A stretch of DNA of 64,000 nucleotides from Flavobacteriales bacterium (GTDB lineage Bacteria > Bacteroidota > Bacteroidia > Flavobacteriales > Flavobacteriaceae), in the NCBI GenBank assembly GCA_017303755.1, contig JAFLBS010000007.1, positions 92,470-156,469 of the forward strand. Direction: 5' to 3'. Shown here in pieces: positions 57,034 to 64,000 of the stretch. Under the pieces are notes generated by a model. It had not been told where the DNA came from, ran no database searches, and saw only the letters and a program-made list of their open reading frames with translations. Within the stretch, counting starts at the first letter, position 1, and the number at the start of each line of letters is the position of its first letter. The position numbers were made by a program, and so were the translations under genes.

Positions 57034-57621
57034 CTATTTGGTTTTTAAATTTTTTCTAATTCGAGTTAATGATTGTCTTTCCATCCCTAAATACGTGGAA
57101 ATGTGTTCGAGTGATAGACGATTAAAAAACTCAGGTTCTTTTTCAATGAATTCTAAATAACGTTCTGTTGCAGTTTTAAACAACAAACTTTCAATCCTAC
57201 CTTGCAAAAATTGTACAGCTTCTTCAGCAATTAATCTTCCAAATTTTTGAAATTCAAGAGATGCATCATATGCTCCAACAATTATATCTTTAGGTATCGC
57301 AACAGCAGTAATATCCTCGATTGCTTCAAACAAATAGTTACTTTTTGCTCCGTTTAGAAATGCAGGATAGTCTGAAACAAAGTCAAACTCTTTCACAAAC
57401 CATGCAGAGATTTGATTTCCCTTATTGTCAATATAAAAACTCCTCATTAAGCCAGATGTAATGAACAAAATATGATCTTGCGGTTTTAATTGGTCAAACA
57501 AAAGTTCTTTCTTTTTAAAGCTTTTTTCGTATAGACCATATTTAAAAGCTTCGATTTCCTCATTTGTCATTTCTGGACAAATGAATTTCATTCTTTCTAT
57601 AAATAATTCAACTGGTTTCAT
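57034..57621 (-). CDS. Crp/Fnr-family regulator
   Basis: cNMP-binding domain and HISTYLGMERQSLTRIR HTH. Confidence 0.92.
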   Translation of the reverse strand: MKPVELFIERMKFICPEMTNEEIEAFKYGLYEKSFKKKELLFDQLKPQDHILFITSGLMRSFYIDNKGNQISAWFVKEFDFVSDYPAFLNGAKSNYLFEAIEDITAVAIPKDIIVGAYDASLEFQKFGRLIAEEAVQFLQGRIESLLFKTATERYLEFIEKEPEFFNRLSLEHISTYLGMERQSLTRIRKNLKTK

Positions 57622-57669
57622 ATGAAAATATAATTGCGATGAATAAAAAATAATGCAAACTGTGTAAAT

Positions 57670-58239
57670 TTAGTTACTATTCTTTAAGTAATCTAAATCA
57701 GACAAATCTCTTTTGATTACTTTAAAAAGTATAAAACTAAAAAAGATTAAAAACCCAAAACCACTGCATAAAACATAAAGATAAAATCCACTAGATAAGT
57801 TTTGTTTAAAAAGAGGTAGCAAGGAAATAAATCCATAAATGTATAGCGTATAAATAGTTGGAGTTAAAAAAAAGTGAATTAATTTTCTGAACTTATAGAA
57901 GGATATCAGCTGTTTTTTATAGGCTTTAAAATTGGTAGTGAAATCAATTTTTTTAAATTTGAAAACACTTATAGTTTCTAAAGTAATCCTTATAATAATA
58001 ACTATTATCATTAATTCTAAACCTTTTATTTGTTTAGAAATTTGACTATTAAAAATTGAATAATAAAAGAAAATTAAAACAATAATTAGTGTAGATAAAA
58101 TTCCAATTATCCAGTAATAATTATTTTTTAACTTTTTAGTTTTTTGAATAGAATCATTTATAATTTCATTGCTGTTTCTTTTTGGATTGGCTTCTGATTG
58201 TTGATTCCATATTGATTGTATTTCGTTAAATTTTTCCAT
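57670..58239 (-). CDS. Four-TM protein, probable anti-sigma factor
   Basis: Overlaps the end of the ECF sigma gene. Short N-terminal cytoplasmic helix, then TM segments. Confidence 0.65.
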   Translation of the reverse strand: MEKFNEIQSIWNQQSEANPKRNSNEIINDSIQKTKKLKNNYYWIIGILSTLIIVLIFFYYSIFNSQISKQIKGLELMIIVIIIRITLETISVFKFKKIDFTTNFKAYKKQLISFYKFRKLIHFFLTPTIYTLYIYGFISLLPLFKQNLSSGFYLYVLCSGFGFLIFFSFILFKVIKRDLSDLDYLKNSN

Positions 58240-58720
58240 TTTGTACGCATTTTGTTAGTTTAGTCTTAATTCTGTGAATTCGAACTCTTAAATTTTCTTC
58301 GGTAATACCAATTATTTCTGCAATTTTATCATAATCTAAATCTTCTAAAACTAACATAATAATTAACTTGTTACTTGGTTCTAGTTGATTTATACAATTA
58401 TACATTTTTAAAAGTTTTTCTTCAGTTTCATGTGAATCTGTTTCAATAGTAACTTCTGAAAATTTATTAGTATGAACTGTCTTTTTATAAGAAGCTTTTC
58501 TCAAATACATTAAACAAGTATTGGATGCTATTCTGAAAATCCAAGTACTTATATTTGAATCGTTTCTGAATTTTGGTAAATTCTCCCAAACCTTAATAAA
58601 AACTTCTTGCGTAGCATCTGATGCAATATCATTATCGCCATTAAAATATCCTTTACACAATCGATAAACTTTTGAGTAGTGTAATTGATATATAGAATCG
58701 AAATTATTATTTTGTTCCAA
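58226..58720 (-). CDS. ECF RNA polymerase sigma factor
   Basis: DATQEVFIKVW, STWIFRIASN, YDKIAEIIG...VRIHRIK. Confidence 0.92.
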   Translation of the reverse strand: MEQNNNFDSIYQLHYSKVYRLCKGYFNGDNDIASDATQEVFIKVWENLPKFRNDSNISTWIFRIASNTCLMYLRKASYKKTVHTNKFSEVTIETDSHETEEKLLKMYNCINQLEPSNKLIIMLVLEDLDYDKIAEIIGITEENLRVRIHRIKTKLTKCVQNGKI

Positions 58721-58721
58721 A

Positions 58722-59558
58722 CTAATTAAGTATTTGATTTACTTGTTTTGAGAACCATAAAGGTTGGTCAAACATTACAAAATGAGCTGAATTCTCAGCA
58801 TATAAAATTGTTACCACTGGCAAATTTTTATATTGATCATTATATGTTTTAGTTACTACTTCTAAACTTGGATTTGTTGCAGCCAGAATTGTTACTGGTT
58901 TTTTTATTTTTTCAATTTCAGTTCTTAAATCTAAATTTAGCATATCAATATATCCATAAACATAAGTTTTTCTATCCGATTGATTCATCATTTCTGCCAA
59001 TAACTTTTGCTTTTCTTTATTGTTACACATGTACATTACAGATTGATTATTCATCTTCTTGAATTCAGTATCAGTCATTTCTAACATACTTTTGCTTTGT
59101 GGGTTATCATAAGGAATTAATTCTCCTTTATAATTAGGTATCATCAATGCTGCTGAAGCTGGTAATGCGTCTACAAGAATTAGTTCTTTAAACCATTTTG
59201 GATTACTAGAAGACAACCATAAACTTAATGTTCCTCCAATACTATGACCTAATAGTGTTGATTTTGTTAGTTTGTTGACAACTATATATTTTTCAATATC
59301 TTTTTTAATAGTCTCAAACCAAGGAGTTTCAATTGGTTTAACATTCCCAAATCCTGCAAATGTAAAAGTATAACATTTATGTGTTTTTGAAATTTCTGCT
59401 ACAGTTTCATCCCAAACCTTTCCGCTACAGCCAAAACCAGGAAACAATAAAACAGGTTTTCCTTTTCCTTTTATTTCGACATTAAATGAAGCTTGAGAAA
59501 ATAAATTTGTTGTGCTTAACGTAACTACAAGTAGTAGCCAAATAATTGAGTTTTTCAT
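58722..59558 (-). CDS. Secreted alpha/beta hydrolase
   Basis: GHSIGG, SAHFVMFD, signal peptide. Confidence 0.9.
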   Translation of the reverse strand: MKNSIIWLLLVVTLSTTNLFSQASFNVEIKGKGKPVLLFPGFGCSGKVWDETVAEISKTHKCYTFTFAGFGNVKPIETPWFETIKKDIEKYIVVNKLTKSTLLGHSIGGTLSLWLSSSNPKWFKELILVDALPASAALMIPNYKGELIPYDNPQSKSMLEMTDTEFKKMNNQSVMYMCNNKEKQKLLAEMMNQSDRKTYVYGYIDMLNLDLRTEIEKIKKPVTILAATNPSLEVVTKTYNDQYKNLPVVTILYAENSAHFVMFDQPLWFSKQVNQILN

Positions 59559-59682
59559 AATTAAATAATTTAAAATTTCCCTTTTGATTCGCTACTACTA
59601 AAATTGTTACATCATTTTTAATAATTTATTTTATTATTTTGAAATCATTTATTTTGTAGCAAAAAAGCAGAACAAATTTGAT

Positions 59683-60939
59683 TTAATTAGTTGCATTTTT
59701 CTGATTAACTGATAGAATAGAAAATTTATTTCTCAAAATCTTCATATCATCACTAACTTTTCTATCCAAAACCTTAGCATAATGCTGTGTCGTTCTCAGG
59801 TTTTTATGTCCAAGCATTTTACTCACACTTTCTATTGGAACTCCATTTGTAAGTGTTACAGTAGTCGCAAAAGTATGTCGAGCGATATGAAAAGTTAATT
59901 CTTTTTCAATTTCACAAACTCCAGCTATTTCTTTTAAATAAGCGTTCATTTTTTGGTTGGATAGGATAGGAAGTAGTTTGTCTTCATTGATACATTGTGG
60001 ATGATTTTCGTATTTATCGATTATCATTTGTGTAACTGGAAGGATTGGAATTTTGGAAGCACTTTCAGTTTTCTGTCTGTGAGTGAAAATCCATTTTTCG
60101 CCATCAATACCGTAACTAATGTGCGACTTTGTTAAGTTTTTGACATCAATGTATGCTAAACCTGTAAAGCAACTAAAAAGGAAGATATCGCGAACCAATG
60201 ATAGTCTTTCTGTTTTGAAATCTTTCTCAATTATTAATTGTATTTCAGCTTCAGTAAGATAAACTCGTTCAACTTCTTTGAGTTTTGATTTGTAGTTTGC
60301 AAATGGATTTTTGTCTAGCCAGTCATTGGCCAAGCAGAGCTTGATTATTTTATTGAAGTTTTTAAGGTATTTGACAGCTGTGTTATTAGCACAGTTTCTA
60401 ACGCTTCGTAACCAAAACTCGTAATCGGTTATGAAAGCATGATCAATCTTGGTAATATCTATATCGGAAATATTGTATTTCCATTGCATAAACTCAATCG
60501 TATGTTTAAGTGATGTAGTGTAGCGTTCTAATGTTCCTGGAGCGTATTCTTTTCCAACAAGCTCTTTTATTTTGTTGTTGTGGTTTTGGAAGATTGGGAT
60601 TAGCATTCTTTGACGTTCTCCAGTTCCTAGTAGTTTATTTTTGAAGTTTTCAATTGATAAAGCTTCGTTTCGGTGAAGTAGCTCCATTTGGGCATCTAAA
60701 ACTTTCGATTTCATTAAATCAAGATAGCTGTTGATTGAACGTGCTTCTTCAGTAGTACCTTTCATTTTGGATAACTCATTTGACCATTTGGTTTTTTCTA
60801 CAAACTTTTTGGTACTGAATTCCAGTCGTTTTCCATCAACTGTTAGTCTAACATAAATTGGGAGTAATCCGTATGCGTTAGTTTTTGTACTCTTTGCATA
60901 AAAGTGAAGTGTGATTTTTGTTTTCATTGTGGTGACCAA
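59683..60939 (-). CDS. int: Tyrosine integrase of the 46-kb island
   Basis: HIARHTFAT, LGH, TQHY. Adjacent to the tRNA att. Probable start is ATG 60927 (MKTKITL). Confidence 0.95.
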   Translation of the reverse strand: MVTTMKTKITLHFYAKSTKTNAYGLLPIYVRLTVDGKRLEFSTKKFVEKTKWSNELSKMKGTTEEARSINSYLDLMKSKVLDAQMELLHRNEALSIENFKNKLLGTGERQRMLIPIFQNHNNKIKELVGKEYAPGTLERYTTSLKHTIEFMQWKYNISDIDITKIDHAFITDYEFWLRSVRNCANNTAVKYLKNFNKIIKLCLANDWLDKNPFANYKSKLKEVERVYLTEAEIQLIIEKDFKTERLSLVRDIFLFSCFTGLAYIDVKNLTKSHISYGIDGEKWIFTHRQKTESASKIPILPVTQMIIDKYENHPQCINEDKLLPILSNQKMNAYLKEIAGVCEIEKELTFHIARHTFATTVTLTNGVPIESVSKMLGHKNLRTTQHYAKVLDRKVSDDMKILRNKFSILSVNQKNATN

Positions 60940-61053
60940 TTAATTATTACTCAAGTTAAATTTCAATATCAAAACAAACAAGATGTTTACTGATTGAACT
61001 TGTTGTTGAACCAGTCGTTGAACCTAATGTTTGTAAGTGTTGAGGTAATTTAG

Positions 61054-61098
61054 CGAGATCCTAATTTTTCATTTTTTTAGGGTCTCGATTTTATCTCG
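61054..61098. promoter_or_regulatory. Putative integrase arm-type sites (46-kb island)
   Basis: CGAGATCCTA inverted to TAGGGTCTCG and a partial ATCTCG. TAGGGTCTCG recurs at 15330-15339. Confidence 0.55.
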
Positions 61099-61141
61099 AT
61101 TGTAATAAGATTGAATGAATAATTTGGAATGTCTGCAAAAG

Positions 61142-61177
61142 AAAAAACCCCGTAAATCATAAGATTTGCAGGGTTTT
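61142..61177 (-). terminator. Island-supplied terminator for tRNA-Ser
   Basis: Minus strand AAAACCCTGCAAATC-TTAT-GATTTACGGGGTTTT followed by T's. Confidence 0.75.
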
Positions 61178-61200
61178 GATACCGTTTAGGATTTTTTCAG

Positions 61201-61285
61201 CGGAGAAAGAGGGATTCGAACCCCCGGACCTGTTACAGTCAACAGTTTTCAAGACTGCCGCAATCGACCACTCTGCCATTTCTCC
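61201..61285 (-). tRNA. tRNA-Ser(TGA)
   Basis: GGAGAAA/TTTCTCC acceptor stem, GCAGT-CTTGAAA-ACTGT anticodon arm, long variable arm, GGTTCGAATCC T-arm. CCA not encoded. Confidence 0.97.
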
Positions 61286-61317
61286 AATAAGTCTCACATT
61301 CCTTTCGAATGCGGATG

Positions 61318-61348
61318 CAAATATAATAACCTTTTTTTGTTTTCCAAA
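61318..61348 (-). promoter_or_regulatory. tRNA promoter
   Basis: TTTG, 19-nt spacer, TATATTTG on the minus strand. Confidence 0.8.
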
Positions 61349-61481
61349 CACAATTTGAATAAATAATCAGATATTTTTTTTACTTAAAACTAATCCATTC
61401 ATTTTCTATATTTTAAGAAGCAAATTTGTTTTTTCTTATCTTAAAATTACCTCATAAATAAAAGAAATTTACATTTGTAAA

Positions 61482-62372
61482 ATGAATCGACTATTGTTTG
61501 GCACATTCTTTTTCTTCATTTTTACTGTGATGAACCTTATTGGCTACTCACAGAGTGCAACTGATTTTTTATCGATTAACTATTCAGCCATTTCAAAATC
61601 TGAATTCAAAGATCAAGTAGGAGAGGCGCAGTTGAATCATTTTGATTTTAATTTTGTTACTCCAACCATTCAACTCAATACGAAAACCAAAATCAACAAC
61701 ATCATTTATTATCGATTATCGAATTATCAATACAGTTCGTTTCCAAATTCGATTGAAATTGTACCGCAAGAATTGCATGAAATCAAGTATACTTTATTGA
61801 CAAGACATAAGTTCAATTCGACGTGGGAATTACTTTTAGTTCCTAGAATCTCCATTAGAAGTGATTTTAAAGACAATTTAAACAGCAATGACTTGTTTCC
61901 AGCTGTTTCTACAATAGTGATGAAAACCTCACAAAAGAATGAGCATTTAAAATGGGGATTTGGGCTGAATTACAACAATGATTTAGGTAAGAATTCAATC
62001 ATTCCAATTCTAGCCTTTAGTTATGTTGCTGATAAAATGAAGTTGAGTACTTATTTTCCTAACAATGCCAATCTGATTTTTCTTCCCTCAAAAAAAATAG
62101 AATATGGCTTCGGATTTACCACTGATCCAACATTGTTTCATATTAATACTATTGATTCAATTGAATATTTGCGAACTTTGAATGTAGCTGTCCATCCGAC
62201 TTTTTCCTATAATTTATCTTCAAATTTTTGGTTGAATGCAAAAGGTGGTTGGGTTTTGCGACGTAATTTTGACTTTTATAATTCCGATTTTGAATCACCA
62301 ACTGATGATTTTGAAAACCAATTGAAAGCATCAGCTTTTGTTCAAATTGGTGTAAGTTTCCGTACCAAGTAA
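61482..62372 (+). CDS. Outer-membrane beta-barrel protein (DUF6268-like)
   Basis: Signal peptide, alternating amphipathic strands, terminal VQIGVSF. Confidence 0.75.
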   Translation: MNRLLFGTFFFFIFTVMNLIGYSQSATDFLSINYSAISKSEFKDQVGEAQLNHFDFNFVTPTIQLNTKTKINNIIYYRLSNYQYSSFPNSIEIVPQELHEIKYTLLTRHKFNSTWELLLVPRISIRSDFKDNLNSNDLFPAVSTIVMKTSQKNEHLKWGFGLNYNNDLGKNSIIPILAFSYVADKMKLSTYFPNNANLIFLPSKKIEYGFGFTTDPTLFHINTIDSIEYLRTLNVAVHPTFSYNLSSNFWLNAKGGWVLRRNFDFYNSDFESPTDDFENQLKASAFVQIGVSFRTK

Positions 62373-62453
62373 CTTGAGAAAAGTTGGCGAATAAAAAAAG
62401 ACAAGCTATTTAAATAACCTGTCTTCGTATATCGTACTTCAAAATTTGTACTT

Positions 62454-63587
62454 CTAATATTGTACATATTCTGTAATTTCCAAACCATAACCAATCATTC
62501 CCACGCGTTTGGTTTGCTCAGTGTTGGAAATCAATTTGATTTTAGAAATATCAATATCATGAAGAATTTGAGCTCCAATTCCGAAATCTTTCACATCCAT
62601 TTTAATAATTGGTGCCTTGTTGATTCCTTTTTCTTGGAGTGATTTCAACTCTTTAAGACGGTTCAACAAATCCAACGACTGAATTTCTTGGTTGATGAAT
62701 AAAATGGCTCCTTTTCCTTCTTGATTGATCAATTGGAACATGTCGTCTAATTTCTTATCGGCGTTATTGGTCAAAGTGCCTAAAATATCGTTGTTGATTT
62801 GAGTTGAATTGATTCGGGTTAGAATCGCCTCACCGTTGCTCCAACTACCTTTTGTAAGAGCCAAATGCACTTGTTTATTGGTGGTTTGTAAATAAGCACG
62901 CAGTCTAAACTGTCCAAAACGAGTTTCAATTTCGAAATCCTCTTTCTTAACAATCAAACTGTCGTGTTGCATTCTGTAGGCAACTAAATCTTCAATCGAA
63001 ACAATTTTTAAATCGAATTTTTTGGCTACTTCAAACAATTGAGGTAATCGCGCCATTGTTCCGTCTTCGTTCATGATTTCAACAATGATTCCGGCCGATT
63101 TGAATCCAGCTAAGCGTGCGAAATCAATTGCGGCTTCGGTATGACCAGTTCTTCTTAAAACTCCACCTTGTTTAGCAATGAGCGGAAAAATATGTCCAGG
63201 TCGACTCAAATCATGTGGTTTGGTATCGGCATTGACTAACGCTTCCACTGTTTTTGCTCTATCTGAAGCAGAAATTCCTGTCGTAACTCCATTTCCTCTT
63301 AAATCTACTGAAACAGTAAAGGCCGTTTGCATTACATCGGTATTATTCGAAACCATGGCATGCAAATCGAGTTCTTTACAGCGGTTTTCAGTCAATGGAG
63401 CACAAATCAAACCTCTTCCGTGAGTGGCCATAAAGTTGATCATTTCGGGAGTTACTTTTTCGGCTGCAGCCAAGAAATCACCTTCGTTTTCTCGATCTTC
63501 GTCGTCAACAACAATGATGACTTTTCCTTGTCGAATGTCTTCAATGGCTTCTTCAATCGTATTTAATTTTAATGCAGAATCTGACAT
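62454..63587 (-). CDS. ribB: 3,4-dihydroxy-2-butanone 4-phosphate synthase with a degenerate GTP cyclohydrolase II domain
   Basis: [33 protein letters not shown]. The C-domain lacks the Cys/His zinc motif. Start taken at ATG 63587. Confidence 0.93.
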   Translation of the reverse strand: MSDSALKLNTIEEAIEDIRQGKVIIVVDDEDRENEGDFLAAAEKVTPEMINFMATHGRGLICAPLTENRCKELDLHAMVSNNTDVMQTAFTVSVDLRGNGVTTGISASDRAKTVEALVNADTKPHDLSRPGHIFPLIAKQGGVLRRTGHTEAAIDFARLAGFKSAGIIVEIMNEDGTMARLPQLFEVAKKFDLKIVSIEDLVAYRMQHDSLIVKKEDFEIETRFGQFRLRAYLQTTNKQVHLALTKGSWSNGEAILTRINSTQINNDILGTLTNNADKKLDDMFQLINQEGKGAILFINQEIQSLDLLNRLKELKSLQEKGINKAPIIKMDVKDFGIGAQILHDIDISKIKLISNTEQTKRVGMIGYGLEITEYVQY

Positions 63588-63616
63588 TTTTTCCGAGTTT
63601 TGTAGTTGTAATAGCA

Positions 63617-64000
63617 TTATTTTTTTTGAGAAAGCAAACCTTTCAATAGTGTGTTGTTGTAAAAGTAAATGATGAAGTAAAATGGAAATCCAGTTACCAT
63701 TGAAACTGCAATTCCAGGTTCAATAGTAGAGTTGGTAAGAGTTCCAATTTCATCTAATTTTTTCTGCGAGCGATAAATACAATATAAAAATCCTATTAGT
63801 AAAAGAATAAATCCAATAATTAAAAGTACAATGCTCGTGTTATTTTTCACTATGAAGAATCCTACAATAGCAATTAAATTTAAGATCAATGCGATTGTAG
63901 AGAATTTTCTGTATTCAGCTAATTCAGTGGTAAAATTCAAAGAACTTACTTTTTCAATTGGTTGAATTTCATTAATTTCTTCTGGTAATTCGATTGCCTT
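63617..64000 (-). CDS. Membrane protein, C-terminal part; the frame stays open to the window end
   Basis: Frame continues upstream of the track's TTG ([25 protein letters not shown]...). Three hydrophobic segments. Confidence 0.65.
   Translation of the reverse strand, partial: KAIELPEEINEIQPIEKVSSLNFTTELAEYRKFSTIALILNLIAIVGFFIVKNNTSIVLLIIGFILLLIGFLYCIYRSQKKLDEIGTLTNSTIEPGIAVSMVTGFPFYFIIYFYNNTLLKGLLSQKK

Larger units (their letters stand above)
15269..61216. mobile_element. ~46-kb integrative island at tRNA-Ser
   Basis: 17-bp att direct repeats, integrase next to the tRNA, RteC, excisionase, initiator/loader. TAGGGTCTCG motif near both ends (15330-15339, 61078-61087). No tra or mob genes seen. 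Confidence 0.92.

Noticed and set aside
15269-61216. Calling the island a conjugative transposon (because of RteC) or a complete prophage
   Set aside because: No relaxase, coupling protein or tra genes, and no terminase, portal or tail genes.
61176-61358. Two small ORFs over the tRNA
   Set aside because: Artefacts of the tRNA-Ser sequence.
62454-62960. Degenerate GTP cyclohydrolase II domain in RibB
   Set aside because: Inactive RibA-like domains fused to RibB are a known arrangement, and this is core genome.

Overview
AT-rich Bacteroidota DNA, most consistent with Flavobacterium (SusC/SusD pair, T9SS C-terminal domains, RteC, TAnnTTTG promoters). Almost the whole window is accessory DNA stacked at the 3' end of a tRNA-Ser(TGA) (61201-61285, minus strand). 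A ~46-kb island is bounded by a 17-bp direct repeat of the tRNA 3' end (15269-15285 and 61200-61216). It carries a tyrosine integrase, RteC, an excisionase, a phage-type initiator/loader pair and a small structural/lysis-like module with a secreted DIGG-repeat protein. It also carries a 1.3-kb array of long hairpins that fold well only on the + strand, a nine-gene defence-like operon (IetA/IetS + GASH + two TRAFAC GTPases + GAP1-EAD1 + orphan EAD1 protein + EAD1-trypsin + non-specific endonuclease) and hydrolase/T9SS/OXA cargo. A second island with its own integrase (13780-15018) lies in tandem and runs off the left edge. It holds AbiE, a HEPN protein and a SusC-SusD-S9 peptidase / DUF6520-MauE cluster. 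Core genes (outer-membrane barrel, ribBA) resume right of the tRNA. Family assignments come from motif recognition only; no searches were run.
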